Position numbers and translations under genes: made by a program | From: Chitinivibrionales bacterium | GTDB lineage: Bacteria > Fibrobacterota > Chitinivibrionia > Chitinivibrionales > WJKA01 | Reading direction: 5' to 3' | Assembly: GCA_038247415.1 (NCBI GenBank) | Contig: JBBRUX010000040.1 | Span: forward strand, 1-36,498 | DNA: 36,498 nt | Shown: positions 27,887 through 36,498 of the stretch, piece after piece | How the letters are laid out: each line of letters begins with the position of its first letter | Numbering within the stretch: the stretch's first letter is position 1 | Notes under the pieces: generated by a model | Seen by the model: the letters and a program-made list of their open reading frames with translations, nothing else | Told to the model about the DNA's origin: nothing | Database searches by the model: none

Positions 27887-28480
27887 ATGGTGCAGTGGCT
27901 TTCCTCAGTTGATCATGCCTTGTTTTTGTTTTTTAATGTTTTCTGCGCCAATTCTCTTTTTGATGCATTTTTCCCGGTGGTGACCCTGGGAAATTTTTGG
28001 ATCATACCTGGAATTCTCGCAGCACTTGTGTTTATTCGCTATCAAAAAAAAAAGGCAATTCTCCTTATTGGCCTCTCTTTAATAACAATTGCTCTATCCG
28101 ATCCTATTTGCTGTAAAATTATCAAAGAACTCGTTGCGCGAAATAGACCATGCAACTCTCACACATTTATTCATGGCGCACATTTCCTAATTGGCTTTAA
28201 AGACTCTCATTCTTTCCCCTCAGCCCATGCAACAAACATGTTTGCGCTTGCTACGTTGTTTACATTCTATTACCCCAAAAAATGGATTTGGTTTTTTGCC
28301 TTTGCCGCAATGATAGGCTTTTCCCGCATTTATGTAGGAGTGCATTATCCGTTTGATGTATTGGGTGGAGCGATTTTAGGAAGCGCTATTGGGGCATGCG
28401 TGGCATTGGTGCAGAAATGGGCGAGTAGGGGCGTATCTCGGTACGCCCCTACTCGCGATACGGAATCAAATACCGTATAG
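27887..28480 (+). CDS. PAP2 family membrane phosphatase
   Basis: K..V.R.RP, SFPSAH and SRIYVGVHYPFDV motifs. Confidence 0.93.
   Translation: MVQWLSSVDHALFLFFNVFCANSLFDAFFPVVTLGNFWIIPGILAALVFIRYQKKKAILLIGLSLITIALSDPICCKIIKELVARNRPCNSHTFIHGAHFLIGFKDSHSFPSAHATNMFALATLFTFYYPKKWIWFFAFAAMIGFSRIYVGVHYPFDVLGGAILGSAIGACVALVQKWASRGVSRYAPTRDTESNTV
28421..28456. repeat. GTAG-family REP palindrome
   Basis: GCGAGTAGGGGCGTA-TCTCGG-TACGCCCCTACTCGC, a perfect 15-bp stem immediately upstream of a RAYT gene. Confidence 0.85.
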
Positions 28481-28502
28481 ACAAAAAATTTGATCGAGGC
28501 GA

Positions 28503-28916
28503 ATGATAATGTCTTCTGGCATATACAACCAATATACAGGTTATCATAACCGTCGTTCAATCCGATTGCCTGGTTACGATTATACCCGACCGGGATATTA
28601 TTTCGTAACGGTGTGCATTCATGATCGGAAACAACGATTATTTGGTGATATCCATGAGTTAAAATGCGATTCCATTTCCGCAGGGGTGGGTTCCAAACTT
28701 GCCCCTCTTTTCCAACAATTCACCCCGAATCAATACGGCCAAATAGTTTTGTCAACGTGGAACGATTTGCCAAATCACAATCATCAAATAAAATTAGATG
28801 AATTCATTATCATGCCCGCCCCAACAGTGGCGTTATCGGAAATTATTCGACAATTAAAAATTTTTTCAGCGAAACGAATTAACACTGTGCGACAAACGCC
28901 CGGGACCCCGGTCTGA
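28503..28916 (+). pseudogene. REP-associated tyrosine transposase (RAYT, Y1/HUH family), inactivated
   Basis: RRSIRL.GYDY...G.YFVT.C N-terminus; FIIMP is not followed by NHxH; TGA stands where the W of the WQ motif is expected. Confidence 0.88.
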
Positions 28917-29037
28917 CCAACACCCTGAGATAGGTACCTCATTTGTTGGCCTCTGCAGTACCAGCAATTTCCACCTTGGTTGCATCGTACTATAGTATGT
29001 ATAGTTGCAGATGCACCCTCGGATCGGAAACAATCCC

Positions 29038-29352
29038 ATGAAACGAATTTTATTAATCACTTTAGTAGCACTCGGTATCGCTCTATCGGCTGTAGCTCTC
29101 ATGCAATCGATACCACGCGATGCATCGCCTTCTGTGAATCTCAAGATAACGGGAATGTATTGTGCCTCATGTGTTGTTTCGGTGGAAAAAGCACTTAAAA
29201 AAGTTGATGGTGTAAAAAGTGTAAATGTAAACGCTGCGAAGGGCACTGCCCGTGTGTCAATAACTGATTCTGCGCTACCCTCTTTAAAGCTAATTAAGGC
29301 TGTGAATTCGGTTGGATTTAACGCCGAATATCTTGGAACGAGCAGCCGTTAA
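29038..29352 (+). CDS. Exported heavy-metal-associated (HMA; MerP/CopZ-like) protein
   Basis: Signal peptide; ITGMYCASC..VEKAL..V.GV motif. Confidence 0.9.
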   Translation: MKRILLITLVALGIALSAVALMQSIPRDASPSVNLKITGMYCASCVVSVEKALKKVDGVKSVNVNAAKGTARVSITDSALPSLKLIKAVNSVGFNAEYLGTSSR

Positions 29353-29463
29353 TGAGTCTTTCTTCTGATCTCTCCCATATTGTATATTATTTTTTAAGCG
29401 CTTGAAGCAATAGACTAAAGCGTTTAAGCGCGCGATCTATCACAGTGGCAAGAAAATTGATGC

Positions 29464-29826
29464 ATGGAAGATCTTGATCTTGGCAAACTTTACGCCATTC
29501 ATCTGGAGCCTTATAATCCCGCTTGGGTTGGGCTTTTTGAAAAGGAAAAGCAGGCTCTTGCGCAAATATTAGAAGACCTCGCCCAACGAATCGAACATAT
29601 AGGCAGCACGGCTATCGTGAAGATAATGTCGAAGCCAACGATCGATATCCTTGTAGAAATCCCTCCTGGTCATGATGCTTCTGAAACTATTACGAAGAAA
29701 ATGGTTCGCAATGGTTACATTCATATGGAAGAGCAGAAAAAGCAGTGCGAGATGCGGGCATCAATGCATTATTTATTGGTCAAGAGATTTGTTCTCGCAA
29801 TATCAGTCTTATACTATTACGAATGA
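29464..29826 (+). pseudogene. GrpB family nucleotidyltransferase-like protein, 3'-truncated
   Basis: PYNPAW..FE.E, IEHIGSTA and KPTIDI motifs; family-like sequence ends after ~93 aa, with the C-terminal half missing. Confidence 0.75.
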
Positions 29827-29837
29827 AGCAATAAGTA

Positions 29838-31799
29838 TTAACTTTCCGCAATAGCCGCAACCCTGTCGATACCAGAATTTACTTCTGCAAGTGTTTTGGA
29901 TATATGTCGAGCAATTTCCTGGGTAGCAGCGGATTGTTCACCAATTGAGTTTGTAATATTAGAAACTATCTGATCTGCTTCATGCATGAGCGTTACCATG
30001 TCGTTTACATTATGAATTGCTGCGGACACAGACTGTTGAATTCCCTGTATTTTACTTTTAATGCCCTCAGATGAAGATGCCGCCTTACGTGCGAGCTCTT
30101 TAACTTCGCTTGCTACAACTGCAAAACCCTTTCCAGCATCCCCTGCAGAAGCTGCTTCTATTGTGGCATTTAATGCCAGAAGATTTGTTTGCGAAGAGAT
30201 ATCGCTAATCGTTTTAACAATAGCGCTTATTTCTTGCGCCGCATTGCCAAGTTGTTGCATAATATCCGCTACCGTGGTAGCCTGGGTGCTCATGGATGCG
30301 CTTGAAGCTTTTGCCGTTTCGGAATTTTTTGCAACTTCACTGATAGTTGCACTCATTTCTTCGGTTGCTCCAGATATTGACATGAGGCTATTAACAGATT
30401 CGCCCAAGATTGCTTGCAGCTCAGTAACTATGTTTTTTCGATATTCATTTGATTTTTTTGAATTATCTTCTGTCATTTTAATAATGGATAATTCTTGGTA
30501 GTGCCTGCAATGTTCTGCTTTATTGAGACCATTAAAAATGGCGATGGCCATGCTTTCGCAGTTTCCATACCCACAGGCGCCGCAATTGAGAAAATCTCTT
30601 TCCTTAAATTTATACATTTTTTGATTGATCTCATCGATTTCCTTTTGAGACGGGGTGCGTACACTGTCTTTAAGGAGTGAAGATCTATTTATATAGGTTC
30701 GCCCATAGAGACCGGGTTTCCAATGGGAATCGATATAGTTATGCAATTTTTTGATTCCGCGTTTTTTACCCAAAATGCCCGAGTTTTTAAGATATTCTTG
30801 CTGCGCGGCTTTATTGCGCCCTTCAATAAGATGCTCAACTTCATCAATTGATTTATGAACATTAAGAGTACCAGGACCTCCGTTACAACCCATTTCGCAA
30901 TTGAGACAATCTACAAGGAGTGGGGCAGACCTATTTTTAATGGATTCTGTAAAGTGATCGAGGTAGTGATAAATAGTATGCCGTCCCTCGATTTTTCGAG
31001 CAGATGCTATAACGCCCGGTACTTCGCGCTGTGCAGTCCGTAATAGTCCGCCCGGAGTAGAAAAGAGCACTGCCCTTTCGGCTTCAGGGTTATCGTAGGG
31101 AGTTTTATCATATTGATTCAGGGAAATTGAGTTCTTTAAAAAGTAAGCATCGAGGGATTTAAATGTCACATTGTAGTCTCCAATGCCCACTTCGTCAAAT
31201 TCACGACGTTTTGCATAGCAGGGAGAAATAATCACAAATTTTGCACCTCTATGCTGCGGGTAAAATTCCCGTACCATGCGCATGGTATGCATCATGGGGC
31301 TATCTGCCGGGGCAAGATAGGGTATAAGTTCCGGCCGATGGAGCTCGATGTAGCCTACTAATGCAGGGCAGGGTTGTGCTAAAACATGCTTAAGCCCAGC
31401 ACTTTTAATAGCTTCAAGATATGTCTTAACTGTCAATTCGGCTCCAAAGCTGACATCAAACGAGGCTTTTACGCCCATTTTCTTAAGCCACCCATTAAAT
31501 TGCAGGTATGCATTGGGAAAATTTGCCGCAACAGCAGGCGCAACAATAGCCACAATATTTTCGTTGCTTTTTAATCCCTGCATAAATGCATCAAAATCGT
31601 CAATCCCACTGCGTGCATTATGAGTGCAAGCTGCAATACAAGCTCCACAACCAATACACAAATCGGGGTTGATATTTATAAAATCACCAGAACCATCGTT
31701 GCACATTTTAGATGGGCATACCGCAATACATTGGTGGCAATTTGTACATTTATCTTTATCGATTTGAATGAGAGGTTTTAGAGTAGATTGTGGACGCAT
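29838..31799 (-). CDS. [FeFe]-hydrogenase-like sensor fused to an MCP signalling domain (group C2-type architecture)
   Basis: Two CxxCxxCxxxC ferredoxin motifs; H-cluster-like AQPCP, SPCYAKRRE and LNCEMGCNGG; CGACGYGNC FeS domain; QTNLLALNATIEAA..GKGFAVVA tip; no TM helix. Confidence 0.9.
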   Translation of the reverse strand: MRPQSTLKPLIQIDKDKCTNCHQCIAVCPSKMCNDGSGDFININPDLCIGCGACIAACTHNARSGIDDFDAFMQGLKSNENIVAIVAPAVAANFPNAYLQFNGWLKKMGVKASFDVSFGAELTVKTYLEAIKSAGLKHVLAQPCPALVGYIELHRPELIPYLAPADSPMMHTMRMVREFYPQHRGAKFVIISPCYAKRREFDEVGIGDYNVTFKSLDAYFLKNSISLNQYDKTPYDNPEAERAVLFSTPGGLLRTAQREVPGVIASARKIEGRHTIYHYLDHFTESIKNRSAPLLVDCLNCEMGCNGGPGTLNVHKSIDEVEHLIEGRNKAAQQEYLKNSGILGKKRGIKKLHNYIDSHWKPGLYGRTYINRSSLLKDSVRTPSQKEIDEINQKMYKFKERDFLNCGACGYGNCESMAIAIFNGLNKAEHCRHYQELSIIKMTEDNSKKSNEYRKNIVTELQAILGESVNSLMSISGATEEMSATISEVAKNSETAKASSASMSTQATTVADIMQQLGNAAQEISAIVKTISDISSQTNLLALNATIEAASAGDAGKGFAVVASEVKELARKAASSSEGIKSKIQGIQQSVSAAIHNVNDMVTLMHEADQIVSNITNSIGEQSAATQEIARHISKTLAEVNSGIDRVAAIAES

Positions 31800-31849
31800 G
31801 TGGTTTCCAATCGCTAAGGTGTTTGTCCTTTTAGGCCGTATTTATAGTA

Positions 31850-31878
31850 AGTATAGCATTGCTCAATTTGAATGTCGA
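31850..31878 (-). promoter_or_regulatory. Sigma70-type promoter of the hydrogenase-MCP gene
   Basis: Minus strand TCGACA-N17-TATACT with extended -10 TG. Confidence 0.55.
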
Positions 31879-31905
31879 TACCCTATAAAATCACTGAAGT
31901 GCTCC

Positions 31906-32960
31906 TTATTCGATCTTACATTGCCCGAGCAGGCTTTTGAGATTTTCAGATAATTGCGCAAGCTCATCTGCACGATCCTTTACATGCGCTATGCCACTGG
32001 CTGTGTCTGCGGCTTCATGGCTTACGCCGGCAATGGTTTTAGTAACCTCCCCAAGACCTTGGGCAGATTCCGAAACGTTTTTGGCAATTTCTTGAGTTGC
32101 TTTGCTTAATTGCCCGCTACTACGGGCAAGGTCATTGACGGTTGCAACTTGTGTGGGAGCTGCAACCGTTTGCACACTTTTGGATACCGATCCAAGGAAA
32201 TTTCTGAGCGATGAATTCATCGAGGTCATTGCACGAAACATTATCCCAATTTCATCCTTTGTTTCAAGACCATGCACAGGAATATCCTTGGAAAGATCAC
32301 CGCTGCTTATTCTGTCAAGTTCTTTGCATGCCGATTCAAGAGGGGCTGCAATACGCTTTCCAGTTAAATAGGCCACAAACACAACAACCAATGATAATAG
32401 GCCAGATATCGAAATGGCCTATAAAAGCATCGTGCGCAAGGCAGCATTAACGGTAGAAAGGGAAATATCCAAACCTACAACGCCATTTAAAACATGTTCT
32501 TTTGTGTAAATGGGCGCATAGGCACTCAAAAAAGTACCCCATTCATCCGTATAAAAAGAATTTTCAACAAGAGGTCGTGTGCACGATTTGGTAGCCTGGA
32601 TCAGGAGGGGTGTTGCATCGTCAGAGGTACTTCCGCAGGCCGAGCGATCTTTTACATTTTCTTCGGCATCAAGAATAAATGCAATTTTTCCGCTATCATT
32701 CATACGGCAGGTATACACAAATTTGATATCGGAACTGTTATTTCGAAATGCCTGCAATTTTTGGACAAGGCGGGAGTATACTTTGTTTTTTTTATGCTCA
32801 TTGTAAAGGCCTTTGTGTTTGACTTTTGGAATGATTCGGTTATGCTTTATTTCAAGCATTACGAGATGAATTCTGAATTAAGAGTTTAGCATGTAGTGAG
32901 AGGATTGTCGATATAATAGTAGGAGCTAATCAATGGCTGAATTAACGCAGATACAGGTGC
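31906..32960 (-). pseudogene. Broken membrane chemoreceptor (Cache-like sensor, TM, HAMP, internally deleted MCP domain)
   Basis: ORFs 32419..32859 and 31906..32391 share one frame split by a TAG; YTDEWG.FLSAYAPI sensor, GDL..DEIG HAMP, hairpin tip absent; 5' end frameshifted and boundary approximate. Confidence 0.8.
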
Positions 32961-33093
32961 CACATTATTTAAGGGGTTATTTTTTACTGTTTAAAATTGA
33001 CCAGCATTAGTGTTATCTTTACGTTCAAAGTCGCAACGCAAAGGCAAAACCTGTTATTTCATTTTTGCTCTTGTAGCGTGGCGTCTAAACAGG

Positions 33094-34980
33094 TCAAGCC
33101 TTCAAAAACTTTTCAATCTTTTCTACAATGCTATCAGCATCCAGCCCCAATGTCGGCAGCACTTTTGCAGGGTCGCCATGTGCAATAAATGCATCGGGGA
33201 GGCCGATGCGAAGTTGACGAATAGGTTTTGATGGTGATATGTCGGCAGCTATTTCGGCAACTGCCGACCCGAATCCGGCAGAAATGTTATTGCTTTCGAG
33301 TGTAATGACATGAGAGAATTTATTAAAAAGATCTGCATAAAAGTCGCGGTTGAGCGGCTTGGCAAAACGGGCATCAACAATGCACAGGCTAAGATTACGC
33401 GACGATAGTTTTTCGCGAACGATTATGGCAGTTTTATGCCAATCTCCAATTGACACAAGTACCGCATCGGTTCCATCGTGGGTTTGAAGAGGATGCCCGA
33501 TGGGAATAAGGGCAGGAGTTTCTGCGATTGGTTCGCCGGTTCCACTGCCACGGGGGTACCTGATACATACGGGGCCGTTGTGGGCTAAAGCGGTGTGAAT
33601 CATGGCTTTGAGATCGTTTTCGTTTCGCGGAGCCATCATCACGAGATTGGGGATGGCGCGCAGAAAAGAGAGGTCAAACATGCCATGATGGGTTGGGCCA
33701 TCGTCTCCCACAATGCCGGCTCTATCGATGCAAAGTATGACAGGAAGCGAATCGAGCGCTACATCGTGTACAAGCTGGTCGAAGGTTCTTTGTACAAAAG
33801 AAGAATAGAGCGCCACAACGGGGCGGCGTCCACCTAATGCTAGGCCTGCTGCAAAGGTAATTGCGTGCGATTCTGCAATGCCAACATCAAAAAACCGGGT
33901 TGGAAATTCGTCGCGGAATTTCGAGAGCCCCGTTCCATCGGGCATGGCAGCAGTTATGGCAACAATATTTTTGTTGACACGAGCGCATTCACACAGGGTT
34001 GCTCCAAATACATCTGAGTATTTTGGTGCGCTCGGGGCAGTTGCGCTCATGTCGCCTGTAGATAATGTAAACGAGGGGACTCCATGAAATTTTGTTGAGT
34101 CCATTTCGGCAAAACTATACCCCTTGCCTTTTTGGGTAATAACATGAACAAGCACCGGCACATTGAGCGAGCTCTTTACAAATTGAAACACCTCAATCAT
34201 TTCGGCAATATTGTGTCCATCAACAGGACCAAGGTATTGAAGCCCAAGATCTTCGAATAATTTCCCTGGAATTACAAACCGTTTGAGCGTTTCGTCGACA
34301 TTGTGAACAAGACTTCGTATACCTTTTCCCACATGCGACATGTTGCCTAAAAGTTCCCAAACTTCATTTTTGATTTTATTAAAGCGCCGGTCGGTGATAA
34401 CCCGGGTAAGATAGCGAGAGAGTGCACCAACATTTTTTGAAATTGACATTTTATTGTCGTTGACAACAACTGTCATACGCGTGTTGCTGCTACCCAGATT
34501 ATTGAGTCCTTCAAAAGCAAGACCACCCGAAAGAGAACCATCGCCAATTACCGAAACAACATCGTGCTTTTCCCCGGCAATATCGCGTGCCATGGCAATG
34601 CCCAGCCCTACCGAGATCGAGGTAGAGGCGTGTCCGGCGGAGACGGTGTCGTAGGGGCTTTCGGAAATTCGGGGGAAGCCGCTTATGCCGCCAAATTGAC
34701 GCAACGATGCAAATCGGTCTCGCCGGCCTGTGATAATTTTATGGGCATACGACTGATGCCCCACATCCCAAATGAGTTTGTCGTTGGGGGTATCGTATAC
34801 ATAATGTAAAGCTAATGCTAGTTCAACAGCCCCAAGAGATGGCGCGAGATGCCCACCGTGTTTGCTTACTTCAATAAGAAGCATGGCACGGATCTCCTCG
34901 GCAAGGATGCATAAATCGGGTATAGGAAGGGTACGGATATCTGCAGGCGAATTAATAGAATTTAAAAACTGGTATGCCAC
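33094..34980 (-). CDS. dxs: 1-deoxy-D-xylulose-5-phosphate synthase
   Basis: GGHL, WDVGHQ, GHASTS, GDG..NDN, DVGIAE and DRAG.VG.DGPTH motifs; GTG start. Confidence 0.98.
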   Translation of the reverse strand: MAYQFLNSINSPADIRTLPIPDLCILAEEIRAMLLIEVSKHGGHLAPSLGAVELALALHYVYDTPNDKLIWDVGHQSYAHKIITGRRDRFASLRQFGGISGFPRISESPYDTVSAGHASTSISVGLGIAMARDIAGEKHDVVSVIGDGSLSGGLAFEGLNNLGSSNTRMTVVVNDNKMSISKNVGALSRYLTRVITDRRFNKIKNEVWELLGNMSHVGKGIRSLVHNVDETLKRFVIPGKLFEDLGLQYLGPVDGHNIAEMIEVFQFVKSSLNVPVLVHVITQKGKGYSFAEMDSTKFHGVPSFTLSTGDMSATAPSAPKYSDVFGATLCECARVNKNIVAITAAMPDGTGLSKFRDEFPTRFFDVGIAESHAITFAAGLALGGRRPVVALYSSFVQRTFDQLVHDVALDSLPVILCIDRAGIVGDDGPTHHGMFDLSFLRAIPNLVMMAPRNENDLKAMIHTALAHNGPVCIRYPRGSGTGEPIAETPALIPIGHPLQTHDGTDAVLVSIGDWHKTAIIVREKLSSRNLSLCIVDARFAKPLNRDFYADLFNKFSHVITLESNNISAGFGSAVAEIAADISPSKPIRQLRIGLPDAFIAHGDPAKVLPTLGLDADSIVEKIEKFLKA

Positions 34981-35150
34981 AGCGTGGTGTTCCTTGTAGG
35001 TTTAGGAGATGCTCAAAGAGGATTTGTCACCTAGAATAAATATATATAGATAAAATATGACATGAGAGATTAAAAAGCATCTTCCAGGGCGACGCTTCTG
35101 TGGTTTTGTGATTTGATCGGCATGAATTTATTTTGATGTGGCCTTTTTTT

Positions 35151-35234
35151 GCGGAAGTGGCGGAATTGGTAGACGCGCTAGATTCAGGTTCTAGTGAGCG
35201 TAAGCTTGTGGGGGTTCGAGTCCCCCCTTCCGCA
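35151..35234 (+). tRNA. tRNA-Leu (anticodon CAG), CCA not encoded
   Basis: Acceptor stem GCGGAAG/CTTCCGC; anticodon arm CTAGA-TTCAGGT-TCTAG; long variable arm; GTTCGAG T-loop. Confidence 0.97.
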
Positions 35235-35339
35235 TTCTTTTTGTGCTCGCACCGCCCGCAATGGCGCAGCACTCCCCATCTATTTACAAAGTCTACTTTT
35301 CTGGCTCAATGCACCAAGGGCCGGATATATTTTCATCCT

Positions 35340-36498
35340 ATGAATACCCACGCTCGATCAATAATGCTCTTGGCCCCCGAAGTTATAGAAAAAATTGCAG
35401 CGGGAGAGGTGATCGAACGCCCCGCATCGGTGCTCAAAGAACTTATCGAAAATGCCATAGACGCAGGATCCTCACATATTTCCATTCGTATCGAAGACGC
35501 TGGCTTTGGCCTTATCTCCATTACCGATAATGGAGGTGGCATGAGTGCAGCCGATTTGAAGCTCTGCCCAGTAAGGTATGCAACCAGCAAAATTCGCACT
35601 GCCGATGATCTCTTTTCGGTTGGTACCATGGGCTTTAGAGGTGAGGCGATGGCCAGTATTTGCGCGGTGAGCAATTGCACCATTACATCAAAACCCCTCA
35701 ATGAAGAAGCTGCGTCAATTACGATTAACGGTGGCGTGCCGGGGCAGGTTGTTCCCGCTGCGCATACTATGGGTACCACAGTTGTTGTTCGGGATCTTTT
35801 TTTTAATGTGCCCGCTCGCAAAAAATTTATGAAAACTGCACGCGGTGAGAAAATGGCGATACAAGCCATGGTTGAGGCCGTTGCTGTTGCTTTCCCTGCC
35901 ATACATTTTGTGTTAGGATTCGATGGCAAGGTTGAACTGGATGCTCCTATTGTTGCCGATGTACGCAGTCGGATTGCAGATATAGCAGGCTTTTTGTTTG
36001 CCAAAGAATTGATACAATGCGAGTACAGTGGCGAAACAATGTCGGTTCTTGCATATGTAAGTCGACCCGATCACGCAACGGTACGTCCACGCTTTCAGAA
36101 TCTGTATGTGAATCTCCGGCGTGTTGATAACGATACGGTTACTGCGGCAGTGCGAGAAGCATTTGCAAAGTTTTTAGGGTTCCGTTTTAGGCCTGCATTT
36201 TTCTGTTTTTTAGATATCGACCCTATGCATGTTGATGTAAATGTGCATCCCACAAAAAAACTGATTAAATTTGATGACGATCGTCTCATTTTTAAAAGTG
36301 TTTACACGGCAGTGCGCATGGGGCTTGAAGAGGGGCTGGAAATTCGCCAGGATCTTTCTTTACAGGAACAAATTCCTCAGGGCGATACGAGTACTTTGCC
36401 AGCCGATACAAAACCCAGTGTATCGAACCAACCGTATCCTGTTAGTGTGTTGTCCCACGAGGTCTCGGTCTTTGAACCACCCAATCTTGTTACTTTGC
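35340..36498 (+). CDS. mutL: DNA mismatch repair protein MutL (3'-truncated by window edge; not in ORF track)
   Basis: Manual translation gives KIAAGEVIERPASVLKELIENAIDAG, DNGGG, ATSKI, GFRGEA, LFFNVPAR and VDVNVHPTK. Confidence 0.97.
   Translation, partial: MNTHARSIMLLAPEVIEKIAAGEVIERPASVLKELIENAIDAGSSHISIRIEDAGFGLISITDNGGGMSAADLKLCPVRYATSKIRTADDLFSVGTMGFRGEAMASICAVSNCTITSKPLNEEAASITINGGVPGQVVPAAHTMGTTVVVRDLFFNVPARKKFMKTARGEKMAIQAMVEAVAVAFPAIHFVLGFDGKVELDAPIVADVRSRIADIAGFLFAKELIQCEYSGETMSVLAYVSRPDHATVRPRFQNLYVNLRRVDNDTVTAAVREAFAKFLGFRFRPAFFCFLDIDPMHVDVNVHPTKKLIKFDDDRLIFKSVYTAVRMGLEEGLEIRQDLSLQEQIPQGDTSTLPADTKPSVSNQPYPVSVLSHEVSVFEPPNLVTL

Noticed and set aside
32419..32421. In-frame TAG as possible pyrrolysine or readthrough site
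   Set aside because: The same gene has a frameshift and an internal deletion, and other genes here use TAG as a normal stop
32947..32962. Minus-strand TGGCAC..TGC near the MCP pseudogene
   Set aside because: The GC is one base out of register for -24/-12 spacing
35027..35272. 81-aa minus ORF, and possible element integrated at tRNA-Leu
   Set aside because: The ORF is antisense to the tRNA; no integrase or duplicated tRNA 3' end was seen, and dxs and mutL flank it directly
35333..36004. 223-aa minus-strand ORF
   Set aside because: Antisense shadow of mutL
1..36498. CRISPR array, rRNA, prophage or defence genes; remaining short overlapping ORFs in the track
   Set aside because: No regularly spaced repeats or matching motifs were seen by eye; the short ORFs overlap well-supported genes in other frames

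Overview
Bacterial chromosomal window of moderate GC. Gene content (group C-type [FeFe]-hydrogenase/chemoreceptor fusion, sigma54 and sigma28 promoters, PEGA/FGE/LRR secreted proteins) suggests a motile Gram-negative anaerobe; Fibrobacterota/Chitinivibrionia is an unverified guess. It is mostly housekeeping: rpe, trxB, PLP aminotransferase, two PfkB kinases, leuS, rdgB, ndk, ispE, crcB, msrB, uvrC, dxs, tRNA-Leu(CAG) and a 3'-truncated mutL absent from the ORF track. Signalling genes encode HDOD, multi-GAF and PilZ proteins. There are two decayed accessory patches: ~7.6-11.2 kb (broken secreted/outer-membrane genes) and ~28.4-33.0 kb (dead RAYT transposase with GTAG REPs, HMA protein, truncated GrpB, an intact hydrogenase-like chemoreceptor and a broken MCP). 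Best leads: the soluble [FeFe]-hydrogenase-MCP fusion, REP palindromes inside coding sequences with one at the RAYT deletion junction, a consensus sigma54 promoter ahead of an unknown 61-aa gene plus hsp20, and an unannotated 54-aa YjfB-like gene behind a sigma28 promoter. No CRISPR array, rRNA or integrase was seen. All calls are by-eye motif recognition; no searches were run.
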